DNA of 42,667 nt from Bryobacteraceae bacterium. Lineage in GTDB: Bacteria > Acidobacteriota > Terriglobia > Bryobacterales > Bryobacteraceae. Below, one piece after another: positions 16,952 to 26,323 of this stretch; positions within the stretch are counted from its first letter, which is position 1; the number at the start of each line of letters is the position of its first letter. The stretch spans positions 1-42,667 of the forward strand of contig DASRCB010000151.1 of assembly GCA_035653295.1 (NCBI GenBank), read 5' to 3'. A program made the translations under genes and the position numbers. The notes under the pieces were generated by a model. That model was not told where the DNA came from, made no database searches, and worked only from the letters and a program-made list of their open reading frames with translations.

Positions 16952-18499
16952 ATGTCAACGGATCGGGTTGCAGAACTTCGCCGCCGCCACGCCGCAGCGG
17001 AAGCGGGCGGCGGCCAGGAACGGCGCGACCGGCAGCACAAGGAAGGCAAGCTGGCCGCGCGCGAGCGCATCGACACGCTGCTCGACGAGGGCACGTTCGA
17101 GGAGATGGACAAGCTGGTGCGCCATCGCTGCCGCGATTTCGGCATGGAGTCGCAGGTGGTGGACGGGGATGGCTTCATCAGCGGCTACGGCCTGATCAAC
17201 GGCCGGCCGGTTTTCGTTTTCGCGCAGGACTTCACCGTGTTCGGCGGTTCGCTCTCCGAAACGAATGCGCAGAAAATCGTCAAGATCATGGACCTCGCGC
17301 TCAGGACCGGAGCGCCCGTCATCGGTCTCAACGATTCCGGCGGCGCGCGCATCCAGGAGGGCGTTCTCTCACTCGCGGGCTACGCCGATATCTTCCTCCG
17401 CAACACGCTGTCCAGCGGCGTGATCCCGCAGATCTCGGCCATCATGGGCCCGTGCGCGGGCGGCGCCGTGTATTCCCCGGCGCTCACCGATTTTGTGCTG
17501 ATGGTCAACCACACCAGCCACATGTTCGTCACCGGGCCCGACGTGATCCGTACCGTCACGCACGAACACGTCACCAAGGAGAAGCTGGGCGGCGCGCAAA
17601 CGCATAACAGCATCAGCGGTGTCGCTCACTTTCTCGCCCAGGACGACGCCGATTGCCTCGCGCTCATCCGCGACCTTCTCTCTTATCTGCCGCAGAATAA
17701 TCAGGAGGACGCGCCTGTTGTCCCTTCCAGCGATCCGGCCGACCGCGCCGACGTCGAACTCGACAACATCGTGCCCGCCGACCCCAGCGTGCCCTACGAC
17801 ATCAAAGACGTCATCACTCGCGTGGTGGACAATGCCGAATTCCTCGAAGTTCACGAGCACTACGCCAAAAACATCGTAGTCGGGTTTGCGCGCATGGCGG
17901 GACGCAGCGTCGGCGTCGTCGCCAATCAACCCGCGTTTCTCGCCGGATGTCTGGACATCAACTCATCGGTTAAGGGTGCGCGCTTCGTTCGCTTCTGCGA
18001 TGCCTTCAACATCCCCATACTCACCTTCGAAGACGTGCCTGGGTTTCTGCCCGGGACAGACCAGGAGTTCGGCGGCATCATTCGCCACGGCGCTAAACTC
18101 CTGTACGCATACGCCGAGGCCACGGTTCCCAAAGTCACGGTTATTACCCGCAAAGCGTATGGAGGCGCCTATTGTGTCATGGGATCGAAACATCTCCGTA
18201 CCGATGTGAACCTGGCTTGGCCCACTGCTGAGATCGCGGTCATGGGCGCCGAAGGCGCGGTCAACATTGTTTATAAACGTGAGCTCGCCGCGGCCCACGA
18301 CAACGGCGGAGTGCGCCAGCAGAAGATCGCTGAATTTCGCGAGCGCTTTGCCAGTCCCTTCGTCGCCGCGGAGCGTGGCTTCGTGGATGACGTCATCGAG
18401 CCCCGCGAAACACGCGCGAAAGTGATTCATGCGCTGTCGATGCTGTCGACAAAGGTCGACACTGTGCCGCGCAGGAAACACGGTAATCTGCCCTTGTAA
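16952..18499 (+). CDS. acyl-CoA carboxylase carboxyltransferase (beta) subunit, propionyl-CoA carboxylase/methylmalonyl-CoA decarboxylase family
   Basis: N-terminal coiled segment ([22 protein letters not shown]), [27 protein letters not shown], and a crotonase-like carboxyltransferase core. The start is moved to MSTDRVAEL (GAAGG RBS), because the ORF-track start lies inside the hairpin repeat. No biotin carboxylase or BCCP gene is in the window. Confidence 0.85.
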   Translation: MSTDRVAELRRRHAAAEAGGGQERRDRQHKEGKLAARERIDTLLDEGTFEEMDKLVRHRCRDFGMESQVVDGDGFISGYGLINGRPVFVFAQDFTVFGGSLSETNAQKIVKIMDLALRTGAPVIGLNDSGGARIQEGVLSLAGYADIFLRNTLSSGVIPQISAIMGPCAGGAVYSPALTDFVLMVNHTSHMFVTGPDVIRTVTHEHVTKEKLGGAQTHNSISGVAHFLAQDDADCLALIRDLLSYLPQNNQEDAPVVPSSDPADRADVELDNIVPADPSVPYDIKDVITRVVDNAEFLEVHEHYAKNIVVGFARMAGRSVGVVANQPAFLAGCLDINSSVKGARFVRFCDAFNIPILTFEDVPGFLPGTDQEFGGIIRHGAKLLYAYAEATVPKVTVITRKAYGGAYCVMGSKHLRTDVNLAWPTAEIAVMGAEGAVNIVYKRELAAAHDNGGVRQQKIAEFRERFASPFVAAERGFVDDVIEPRETRAKVIHALSMLSTKVDTVPRRKHGNLPL

Positions 18500-18616
18500 A
18501 ATAACCGTAAATCACGCCTCGTAAAGCCTCGAAGAATATAGTTAGTTCCTGTTAGAAGCACATTTTTCCGGGGCTCCGGTAATAAGTATTCAGCCTCATA
18601 TCGCAGCCTGAACTTA

Positions 18617-18637
18617 CAATTCCGGATGTCGGAATTG
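18617..18637 (+). promoter_or_regulatory. 8-bp inverted repeat CAATTCCG-GATGT-CGGAATTG in AT-rich region ~180 bp upstream of the TonB-dependent receptor gene (candidate operator)
   Basis: A perfect palindrome with a 5-nt spacer in the 320-bp AT-rich intergenic region 18500-18819. It does not match the Fur-box consensus. Confidence 0.3.
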
Positions 18638-18819
18638 CGCGGGCCAGGCTTTCCAAAATGCGTATCCGTGGCGCCGAAAGAGGTCAGTCTGAACGCGCGC
18701 TCTCCACAATTCGGAAGCGGAGCCGCGCTGTGCTATGGCCTCTGGTAGCGCAACCGCCAGCGAAATCATGGCGTTCCGGTTGCACTCTATTCCGGCACGG
18801 AGGTTTGTAGCAACGTAGT

Positions 18820-21800
18820 ATGAGGAATAGCTTACGGGTATGCCTGTGCGCGCTCGCCGCGGCGTGCATCATCCCGGCTCAGAATCAAACGGCAACAACA
18901 ACGGCAACCACGAACTCCCAGGCAGGCCCTGGAACGCTGGTTGTAACCGTAAGAATGGCCAACGGTACGCCCGTCGGCAACGCGAGCATCCTGCTGGAGA
19001 ACATGGACAGCGGTTACCGCCAGCAGGTAACCACCGATCCGTCCGGGGCTTACACCTTCACCGGCCTGCCGAGTGGGCGCTATCGCATCACTCCGAGCAC
19101 GGCTCAGCTGACCGGTACGCCGTCCGATCCGATCACCTTCGACGCACAGCGCGGCAAAACGGTTGACGCTACGATGCAGACGCCCACCGGTCCGGTAACA
19201 ACGGCCGCCACGAATATCGTCGACTCCCAGACTTCGCTGGACATGACCACGCCCGATATCCGGTATCCCCGGAATACGCACGATGTCGTGTATCTGCCCC
19301 AGCCGAATTACATCGAACAGAACGGGCAGGCATACGGCGCTTATAACCTGTCGCTGCTCGATCCCGGGGTCACCACCAACAACAGCCTGGGCCCGGCCCG
19401 GGGTCCCGTGGTCGGCGGACAGCGGCCCGTCAGCAACAACTTCTATGTCGACGGTATGGACAACAACAACCGAGGCTGGCCCGGTCCGCTGGTTTATGTG
19501 CCGAACGACGCTACAGCGGAATTCGTCGCCTATCACAATCAGTTTGCGCCCGAGTTCGGCCACGCTATCGGAGGTCAGTTCGACAGCATCATCAAGACCG
19601 GCTCGAATGGTTTCCATGGCGAGCTGTATGACTACCTGATGAACCGCAACCTGAACGCGATGGACGCCAGCTTCGCGCGCCAGGGAATTCGTGACTCTCC
19701 AGGCTACGATCAGAACCGCCTGGGCGCCAACGCAGGGTTTGCGATCATCCCGAGCAAGCTGTATTTCTTCGGCGACTTTGAATGGATTCCGCTGCATTAC
19801 GATGCCATTCCGGGATTTGGCGGGATTGTCGCGCCGACTGCCGCGGGATACGCCACTCTGTCCGGTATGAGCGGGATCTCCGCCACGAACCTCGGTGTAC
19901 TCCAGGCAAACGTGCCCGCGGCGACGGCGCAGACCACGTTCCTGAACGTCGGCGGCACGGCCATTCCCGCTGGTTACTCACCGGCGTTCGGTTCTTTCCG
20001 CCAGGATTCGTACGTCGGCGTCGGCGCCCTCGATTGGGACGCCACCGATTCCGATCACGTACACCTCCGTTTCGACGCCAACGACGTCAGCAACAACACT
20101 GGCGGCGCGACGCTTCCGCAGTTCTATACTCCGGTCCGCGATCGATCCTTGGTGTCGAACCTTTCCTGGTACCACAACTTTTCACCGCTATTCGTCAATG
20201 AACTGCGCGTCGGCTATACGCGGTTTGACTCGAGCCTGGGCCGCGGCGCCGGAACCACCTTCCCCGGTCTCACGGCGTTTCCCAACATCTCTATTCTCGA
20301 TACCAACCTGAGCCTCGGTCCGGGACTGCTCGAAACCTCGGGCCTGAACACCTACCAGGGCGCCGATAACATGAGCTTCACCTTCGGCCGCCATCAGGTC
20401 CGCGTCGGTTACGATTACCGCCGCTTCATCGGTCCACTCGCTTACGGCGGTCTCGGGGCGGGGTCGTACGCTTATTCCTCTCTGGCAGGATTTCTCCAGG
20501 ACCTCACGCCCGACATTACGGCCCAGCGTACTTTCGGAAACGCGTACTTCACCGGGAATAACTGGGACGAGTACGCTTTCGCCAACGACCACTGGCAGGT
20601 CTCGCCGAACTTTACTCTCGATCTCGGCGTGACTTACTCCTATGTATCCGTGCCCAACGGATACGCGCAGCAGAGGCTGCTCGCGGGCGCGAGCGTCCCC
20701 GGGACACTGACCTTCCGCTCGCCTTCGACGCAGAATACCAATTTCGCTCCCATCGTCGGAATTGCCTTCTCGCCCGGCTTCGTTAAGAACACCGTCTTCC
20801 GCGCGGGCTTCGGGATGAATTACGACACCACGTATTACAATTCCATCTTCCCGGTCTTCCCCGGCGCGTTCACCCAGTACGCCATGGGCGGGGCCACGCC
20901 CGCCGGCGGTTTCTTCGGATCCGGCGCCATCATGGGCGGAACAACAGGATCCGGGACCGGCACGGGCGCTGCTACACCACAATCCATGGTCACCAGCTAC
21001 GTTCCCAACCAGCGCGTCCCCTACAGCATGCAGTGGAACGCCGGCATCGAACAGAGCTTCGGCCGCTTCGTGCTCGATGTTCGCTACCTCGGCGTCAAAT
21101 CGGTTCACCTGCCGACGGAAGGATTCCTGAACCAGGTTTCCCCGGTCAGCGCTTCGCAGAGCCTGCCGGTGTACTTCACTGCGCCTTCACAGGCGACCCT
21201 GGACTCGCTTACCACCACGCTGGCTTCGCTCCAGGCCACGTCGACGAATCCGCTGGCCTCAGCCGGATTCACCAACCCGATCTCGACCTTCTACAACAAT
21301 GGATGGTCCTGGTATAACGGCCTCCAGGTTCGCGCCTCCCAGCGCTTCTCCGGCGGCTTCCAGTTCCAGGCATCCTACACGTGGAGCCACCTGTTCGACA
21401 ACCTGAGCGGCCCGCTCTACTCCTTCCCGTGGACCACAACCGCATGGGAAATCCAGACCCCGTCGCACACCTCGGTTTACGATCACCGTCAGAACGCATC
21501 TCTCACTGCCCTGTGGGATATGGGCGCTCTGGGTGGACACAGCTTCAACTTCGTTCGTGACGTGCTGACCAACTTCCACATCGGCGGCACATACACGTAT
21601 GAAACGCAGCCGTATCTTCCCATCTTCAGCGGCGCCAACACCGGCCTGACTGCGTTCAACGGCGTCGGCGGCGGCGTGTTCACGAATCCCGGCGGCGCGG
21701 CAGGCATCGGAACCGGCGTCACTCCATTGATGAACAGCTCCGGCCAGGTGGTCGCCTATCAGGCGAACAACCCGAATGCGGGATTCGCTGCCGGGGCGCC

Positions 21801-22095
21801 CGGAACGTTCTCGACCTCGAACCCGCGCTTCGGGTTTAACCCCATCAACAACTTCGACATGATGGCCATCAAAGCCTTCGGCATCCGGGACAAAATCCGT
21901 CTCGAGCTCCGGGGCGACGCTTACAACGTGTTCAACCATCCGCAGTTCACGCTGTCGAACCCGCACGATATCGGCACCATGAATCTCGGCCTGGTAAACC
22001 TGCTCAACCCTGCTTCCGCGGCGTTCGCCAACCCGGGCGCCTTGCTGCCCAGCAACGCCCGCACCCTGCAGGTGGCGATGAAGCTGACCTGGTAA
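18820..22095 (+). CDS. TonB-dependent outer-membrane receptor with N-terminal carboxypeptidase-regulatory-like (CarbopepD_reg) domain
   Basis: Signal peptide, then LVVTVRMANGTPVGNASILLENMDSGYRQQVTTDPSGAYTFTGLPSGRYRI (Cna-B/CarbopepD_reg). The long Gly/Asn/Thr/Tyr-rich beta-barrel body ends in the aromatic C-terminus ...QVAMKLTW. 1091 aa, typical of Acidobacteria. Confidence 0.75.
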   Translation: MRNSLRVCLCALAAACIIPAQNQTATTTATTNSQAGPGTLVVTVRMANGTPVGNASILLENMDSGYRQQVTTDPSGAYTFTGLPSGRYRITPSTAQLTGTPSDPITFDAQRGKTVDATMQTPTGPVTTAATNIVDSQTSLDMTTPDIRYPRNTHDVVYLPQPNYIEQNGQAYGAYNLSLLDPGVTTNNSLGPARGPVVGGQRPVSNNFYVDGMDNNNRGWPGPLVYVPNDATAEFVAYHNQFAPEFGHAIGGQFDSIIKTGSNGFHGELYDYLMNRNLNAMDASFARQGIRDSPGYDQNRLGANAGFAIIPSKLYFFGDFEWIPLHYDAIPGFGGIVAPTAAGYATLSGMSGISATNLGVLQANVPAATAQTTFLNVGGTAIPAGYSPAFGSFRQDSYVGVGALDWDATDSDHVHLRFDANDVSNNTGGATLPQFYTPVRDRSLVSNLSWYHNFSPLFVNELRVGYTRFDSSLGRGAGTTFPGLTAFPNISILDTNLSLGPGLLETSGLNTYQGADNMSFTFGRHQVRVGYDYRRFIGPLAYGGLGAGSYAYSSLAGFLQDLTPDITAQRTFGNAYFTGNNWDEYAFANDHWQVSPNFTLDLGVTYSYVSVPNGYAQQRLLAGASVPGTLTFRSPSTQNTNFAPIVGIAFSPGFVKNTVFRAGFGMNYDTTYYNSIFPVFPGAFTQYAMGGATPAGGFFGSGAIMGGTTGSGTGTGAATPQSMVTSYVPNQRVPYSMQWNAGIEQSFGRFVLDVRYLGVKSVHLPTEGFLNQVSPVSASQSLPVYFTAPSQATLDSLTTTLASLQATSTNPLASAGFTNPISTFYNNGWSWYNGLQVRASQRFSGGFQFQASYTWSHLFDNLSGPLYSFPWTTTAWEIQTPSHTSVYDHRQNASLTALWDMGALGGHSFNFVRDVLTNFHIGGTYTYETQPYLPIFSGANTGLTAFNGVGGGVFTNPGGAAGIGTGVTPLMNSSGQVVAYQANNPNAGFAAGAPGTFSTSNPRFGFNPINNFDMMAIKAFGIRDKIRLELRGDAYNVFNHPQFTLSNPHDIGTMNLGLVNLLNPASAAFANPGALLPSNARTLQVAMKLTW

Positions 22096-22122
22096 CGACG
22101 ATCTCTCGATCGGAGTGAATGC

Positions 22123-22159
22123 GGCGCGTCTCGTCAGCCGACGGGGCGCGCCTTCTTTT
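22123..22159. terminator. weak bidirectional terminator-like element (GGCGCG...CGCGCC stem then TTCTTTT) between convergent TonB-receptor and yqgE genes
   Basis: A 6-bp GC stem with a long loop, followed by a T-run. Weak. Confidence 0.3.
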
Positions 22160-22713
22160 CAGTGCCCGACCAGCCGCCGCCACAGCGTGTCGGTGTGGGC
22201 ATCGAAGATCAGGTCCGCCGAAGCTGTGGACACGCGCCAGAGCCCGCGCCCGATCTCATCGTCAAGCTGCCCCGGTCCCCAGTTGCACAGCCCGACATAC
22301 ACGCGAATCTGCCGCCCGCCGCCGGCAACCAGGTCACGGATGTGCCCCCGGTCGGCGACAACCCAAACGCCGGGGACGAGAGCCGATCCGCCGGGCTGCG
22401 GCGACCGCCCGCTTGCGAGCGCATTGATCCCGATCGCCACCGGTCCGCCGGCCCACAGCGGGTGGTTCGCGCACGAAGACTTCGCCAGTTCGGGGAAGAG
22501 TGCAGCCATGCTTTCCCCCAGAGGCCGATTCAGCACCACACCGGCGCTCCGATTGCGATCGTGCTGCAAAACCAGAATCACCGTCTCGCTGAAGGCCGGG
22601 TCGTGTGTGCGATCGGTTGCGATCAGTACCGAACCGCGTACCGGCACGGCCGGTTGCGCGCGAATCCCTGCCGCCGCGCCAACCAGCGCGAGGGCTGCCA
22701 ACGTCGCGCGCAT
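22159..22713 (-). CDS. YqgE/AlgH family protein (UPF0301) with an N-terminal signal-peptide-like extension
   Basis: VLIATDRTHDPAFSETVILVLQHDRNRSAGVVLNRPL matches the YqgE/AlgH N-terminal signature (E. coli YqgE HFLIAMPALQDPIF...GAMGIIVNRPL), and the GGP motif follows. The first ~25 aa (MRATLAALALVGAAAGIRAQP) look like a Sec signal peptide. Confidence 0.7.
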   Translation of the reverse strand: MRATLAALALVGAAAGIRAQPAVPVRGSVLIATDRTHDPAFSETVILVLQHDRNRSAGVVLNRPLGESMAALFPELAKSSCANHPLWAGGPVAIGINALASGRSPQPGGSALVPGVWVVADRGHIRDLVAGGGRQIRVYVGLCNWGPGQLDDEIGRGLWRVSTASADLIFDAHTDTLWRRLVGH

Positions 22714-22797
22714 TCTGCAATCAGCATACGCCAGGCTGCAAATGCGTCCGCCACTGAGGTGAACCCCTGATCGACTGCAGCCTGCGGCCCTGGTAAG

Positions 22798-23403
22798 GTG
22801 ATCTCAGCGATGTCGCCGTCGCCGGTCAACTACTACGATCTGCTTCAGATCAGCCCCCATGCCGAACTCGATACGATCGAGCGCGTCTACCGCATTCTGG
22901 CGGGCCGCTACGGACCCGCTAACCAGATCACCGGCGATCCCGAACGTTTCCAGCTCCTGACCCAAGCGTATGAGACCCTGCGGGATCCGCTCACGCGGGC
23001 CCGCTATGACCGCACCCTCGAGCAGGGCCAGGCTCAGCCGCTCGCCATCTTCCTGGGCCGCGAGTTCACCGACGGTATCGACGCCGAGGCGAAGATCCGC
23101 ATCGGCGTGCTTTGCCTCCTCTACAGCAAGCGCCGCGCGAATCCCGATTTCGCCGCGCTGTCCCTGCTCGACATGGAAACTCTGATGTCGTTCCCGCGCG
23201 AGAAGCTGCTCTTTGCCATCTGGTATCTACGTTCCAAGCGGTACATCGTGCAGGACGAGCGCTCCAGCTTCACCATAACCTCCGACGGCGTCGACTTCCT
23301 GGAAAGCCAGCTGCCCTCTAATCAAATGCTGTACAAGATCTTCCGCGCATCTGAAGCCGGCGTGATGACGTACCCCAAACAGCTGGCCAGCAAGCCGCAG
23401 TGA
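22798..23403 (+). CDS. J-domain-like protein lacking the HPD motif
   Basis: NYYDLLQISPHAELDTIERVYRILAGRYGPANQ...FQLLTQAYETLRDPLTRARYD follows the DnaJ J-domain helix II-III pattern. The catalytic HPD is replaced by GPA. Confidence 0.55.
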   Translation: MISAMSPSPVNYYDLLQISPHAELDTIERVYRILAGRYGPANQITGDPERFQLLTQAYETLRDPLTRARYDRTLEQGQAQPLAIFLGREFTDGIDAEAKIRIGVLCLLYSKRRANPDFAALSLLDMETLMSFPREKLLFAIWYLRSKRYIVQDERSSFTITSDGVDFLESQLPSNQMLYKIFRASEAGVMTYPKQLASKPQ

Positions 23404-23555
23404 GTCCTCTCCTCCTCCCAGGGCGGCAGTACCAGAGCGAAAACCGTCAGGTACCACGCCAAATGGGAAGGAACAGCTATTGTTGCTGCGCGACAACTCT
23501 ATGAAACTAAGAACCGAGCGCGGCACTCTATGGCGCTCCACGGGGGATAACCGAG

Positions 23556-23900
23556 TTGAAGACGAATCGAGACAGCAACGACCGCCGCGCCTCAGATCGC
23601 TTCCCGATTGAACGCGAACTGAAATTCCGGGTGCTGACCCGCAAGAACGGCGACGAGGGCGGCGCGGGCAAAACCGTGAATATGAGCAGTAACGGCGTCC
23701 TGTTTACCACTGACCAGGTGCTTCTTCCCGGCCGCCGTATCGAGGTTGCCATCTCGTGGCCGGCGCAGTTGAACAGCAAAGTAGCCCTGAAGCTGGTGGC
23801 CAAAGGCCGCGTCGTGCGTTTCGAGCCCGGACTGGCCGCTATCGAGATCCAGCAGTACGAATTCCGCACCCAGGCCACGCAACCCTTCCTGGTGCAGTAA
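23556..23900 (+). CDS. PilZ domain protein (putative c-di-GMP receptor)
   Basis: An RxxxR motif (RASDR) and D/NxSxxG motif (NMSSNG) with PilZ-typical spacing. 114 aa. Confidence 0.55.
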   Translation: MKTNRDSNDRRASDRFPIERELKFRVLTRKNGDEGGAGKTVNMSSNGVLFTTDQVLLPGRRIEVAISWPAQLNSKVALKLVAKGRVVRFEPGLAAIEIQQYEFRTQATQPFLVQ

Positions 23901-23931
23901 TCACGCGGTCTTTTCCCTCCATGTGAGGTTA

Positions 23932-23963
23932 GGCGGGTCCGTAACCGGACTCGCCATCTTTTT
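23932..23963 (+). terminator. rho-independent terminator: GGCGGGTCCG-TAAC-CGGACTCGCC then ATCTTTTTCC
   Basis: A 10-bp stem (one G-U), a 4-nt loop and a T5 run, 32 nt after the PilZ stop. Confidence 0.55.
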
Positions 23964-23990
23964 CCCCGATACAATACTACGCGGCGCCTC

Positions 23991-25184
23991 ATGATCCCCC
24001 GGACCCTCATCGTCGGCGGAGGAATGATCACCCACGATCAGATCCTGCCCTCGCTCCTCCAGCTCCAGCGCGAAGGCGTTGTCGGCGACATCGCCGTGTG
24101 CGCGCAGCACGGCCGCACGGTTCGCGCACTCGCCGAAGCGCCGCAGATCCGTCAGGCGTTCCCCCACGGCCGCTGGATGGCTCATCCTGCGCTCGATGCC
24201 AATCCCGACGAATCGCACCCCGGGCTGTACCGCGAACTCTTCGCAGCCATGCCGCCCCGCAATGTCGTGATCGTGGCGCTCCCGGATCAGCTCCACTTCG
24301 AAGCGGTGATGGCCGCCCTCCGCGCCGACCAGCATGTCATTTGCGTGAAGCCGCTGGTTCTTACGGCTTCCGAAGCCGAAGCGATCGAGGACGAGGCGCG
24401 GAGTCGGCGCCTGTTCGTCGGAATCGAGTACCACAAACGCTTTGACGACCGCAGCCTCATGGCTCGTCAGCGATATCGCGTCGGGGCATTCGGAGAATTT
24501 CGCCTCGGGTCCGCGGTGCTGATGGAGAAGTGGTATTACCGCCACTCCGGATTCCGCACCTGGTTCACGAAGGACAACACGGACGCGTTCACCTACATCG
24601 GCTGCCACTACGTCGATCTGGTCGCATTCATCACCGGGCTCGAACCGGTTCGCGTGAGCGTCTACGGCATCGCCGACCGCCTTCCCGGGGGCGCCGAGGG
24701 CTGGCTGTGGACCGATGCGCGCGTCATCTGGAACAACGGCGCGTGCCTGAATGTGCAGAACTCACTCAGCTTCCCGGATGCCGCCCCGGGATCGAATACG
24801 CAGGGCCTGACGTTGTACTGCGCGCAGGGCGACCGCGGCGGCCTGCTGCGCCATTCCGACCAGTATCGCGGCCTCGAGCACATCTATGTGACCGAACCTT
24901 CTGGACCCGGCGCCACGACCTACTCCCAGCCGAGCCCCGACTACTTCCAGTACGTCTATCGCGGCGGTGAGGGCCTGACCCCGGTTGGCTACGGTTATCG
25001 CTCCATCGAGCACCTGGTCCGCGCGGTTCTGCGCGTCGAGGGCGCTGTCGACCGCGCCGCGGAGCTGCGCCGTATCGACGAAGAAGGCATCCTCGCCACG
25101 CCGGCGAACAGCCGCTACAACGAAAAGGTCATCGAAGCGGCGCGGCAGTCCATCGCCAGCGGCGGATCGGAGGTCGCGATTTGA
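23991..25184 (+). CDS. Gfo/Idh/MocA family NAD(P)-dependent oxidoreductase
   Basis: LIVGGGMITHDQILPSL Rossmann start, followed by VVIVALPDQLHFEAV and CVKPLVLTASEAEAI. 397 aa. Confidence 0.8.
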   Translation: MIPRTLIVGGGMITHDQILPSLLQLQREGVVGDIAVCAQHGRTVRALAEAPQIRQAFPHGRWMAHPALDANPDESHPGLYRELFAAMPPRNVVIVALPDQLHFEAVMAALRADQHVICVKPLVLTASEAEAIEDEARSRRLFVGIEYHKRFDDRSLMARQRYRVGAFGEFRLGSAVLMEKWYYRHSGFRTWFTKDNTDAFTYIGCHYVDLVAFITGLEPVRVSVYGIADRLPGGAEGWLWTDARVIWNNGACLNVQNSLSFPDAAPGSNTQGLTLYCAQGDRGGLLRHSDQYRGLEHIYVTEPSGPGATTYSQPSPDYFQYVYRGGEGLTPVGYGYRSIEHLVRAVLRVEGAVDRAAELRRIDEEGILATPANSRYNEKVIEAARQSIASGGSEVAI

Positions 25185-25582
25185 GACTCATCGCCGCGGT
25201 CCTCGCGGCTGTCCTCTTCGCCGGGTCGATGGCATGCCGCGCCGCATCGCAGCAGGCGCGCGCCGGATCTGCCGCCGCGCGCGACGCCGGGCCTGGCTTC
25301 CGCTCCCCGGAACTGCTCGACGAGCATTTCCGCAAGCACGGCTCCGAGTTCGGCGCTATTTCGAAAGGGGAGTATCTGCGCCGGGCGCGAGCGCTGCGAG
25401 ACACACCCGCCGGCTACAACGTTCTCCAGTTCGTCCGCGACGACGGTGTTATCACAAAGTTCGATCGCCGCACAGGATATTTCGGCGCCTATAATCCGGA
25501 CGGGACCATCCGCACGTTCTTCATTCCCAATGACGGCGAGCGCTATTTTCACCGTCAGGCGCGACACAATGAACGACGCTGA
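25181..25582 (+). CDS. small secreted basic protein (signal peptide + ~105-aa Arg-rich domain), candidate toxin/nuclease-like effector
   Basis: Signal peptide MRLIAAVLAAVLFAGSMACRAAS. The mature part has about 20 Arg/Lys versus about 14 Asp/Glu, with motifs HFRKHGSEFG and NPDGTIRTFFIPNDGERYFH. The start overlaps the Gfo/Idh/MocA stop (ATGA junction at 25181-25184). Confidence 0.5.
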   Translation: MRLIAAVLAAVLFAGSMACRAASQQARAGSAAARDAGPGFRSPELLDEHFRKHGSEFGAISKGEYLRRARALRDTPAGYNVLQFVRDDGVITKFDRRTGYFGAYNPDGTIRTFFIPNDGERYFHRQARHNERR

Positions 25583-25928
25583 AATTCGGCGCTATCTCGA
25601 AGACAATGGCTATCCGCGTCACGTCGTGGAAGCGGGACGCGAAGGCCTGGTGCGCCGCTGGCGGCAGTTCGTCGACGAGGTGGAGCGCGGGTATCGCTTC
25701 GGGCTGGAGGACTATCGGAACGACCTCGACCTGCGCGGAATCCTGGCCCAGATCGGGCTCGATGACGAGGTCGCCGACGCCGACCAGCGCTTCGAGCGCA
25801 TGCTGACGGCGCGCGATCGCCGCGTGTGGGAAAGCGCCGCGGGCGATCCGTTCTGGGATTTCGGATATCCGCGCAACGCCAGCGCCGACCTGCTGCGCGA
25901 CCTGCGGTCGGCGGGCCTGGCCGAATAA
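25569..25928 (+). CDS. small acidic cytoplasmic protein, candidate cognate immunity/antitoxin partner
   Basis: The start MNDAEIRRYLE overlaps the upstream gene by 14 nt (translational coupling). 119 aa, strongly acidic (many D/E), no signal peptide. Confidence 0.45.
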   Translation: MNDAEIRRYLEDNGYPRHVVEAGREGLVRRWRQFVDEVERGYRFGLEDYRNDLDLRGILAQIGLDDEVADADQRFERMLTARDRRVWESAAGDPFWDFGYPRNASADLLRDLRSAGLAE

Positions 25929-25971
25929 ACTGTTCCGCAGTGGCTTTACACCCGGGTAACGAAATGATAAA

Positions 25972-26277
25972 TTGCGTGACCATCAGGGAAAATTTCACTT
26001 GTCGGAACGCAAATCGTTTTCATCGCAGGAAAAGGCGGATATCGTTCTTCGCGCGCTGCGTGGCGAGGCGCATGACGCGCTCGCCAGGGACTGCGGCGCT
26101 GCGCCGGATCGTATCGCCCGCTGGCAGTCCAGGTTTATAGAAGGCGGGACCGCGGCGCTCTCTCGCCGCCGCCATCGCCGCGGGCGCGTGGCGAACCTGC
26201 TCACCGCGGTGCTGTGGATCGTCGTCGTTGTTGCCCTCGGCGCCGCCGCGCTCGTGCTGATTCGCGCTCTCGGGTAA
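25972..26277 (+). CDS. membrane-anchored helix-turn-helix protein; HTH resembles IS3-family OrfA (HTH_Tnp_1) N-terminus, C-terminal single TM helix
   Basis: ERKSFSSQEKADIVLRALRGEAHDALARDCGAAPDRIARWQSRFIEGGTAAL matches the IS3/IS911 OrfA HTH pattern (fs.e.K..iV...l.g.s...vare.gv....l.rW...y.egG..al). The C-terminus LLTAVLWIVVVVALGAAALVLI is a TM helix. No leucine zipper, OrfB or DDE domain is nearby. An AT-rich putative promoter is present (TTACAC ... GATAAAT at about 25944-25970). Confidence 0.55.
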   Translation: MRDHQGKFHLSERKSFSSQEKADIVLRALRGEAHDALARDCGAAPDRIARWQSRFIEGGTAALSRRRHRRGRVANLLTAVLWIVVVVALGAAALVLIRALG

Positions 26278-26323
26278 CCTGTTGCCTGGCACTTCCGGCG
26301 GCCATTCGGTGTCCAAGCTCTTC

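Noticed and set aside
18832-21966. Three long minus-strand ORFs (18832..19797, 20188..21108, 21259..21966) inside the TonB-dependent receptor gene
   Set aside because: Antisense artefacts of a GC-rich coding region. The plus strand encodes a coherent signal-peptide to C-terminal-aromatic beta-barrel protein.
22115-22770. Plus-strand ORFs (215 aa and 202 aa) overlapping the yqgE/algH homolog
   Set aside because: The minus-strand frame carries the conserved YqgE/AlgH motifs. The plus frames are Arg/Pro-rich junk.
25972-26277. Possible IS3-family insertion sequence (OrfA-like HTH)
   Set aside because: Only the HTH is present. There is no OrfB/DDE transposase, no frameshift motif and no flanking inverted repeats. 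The gene ends in a TM helix, so it is treated as a domesticated HTH protein rather than a mobile element.
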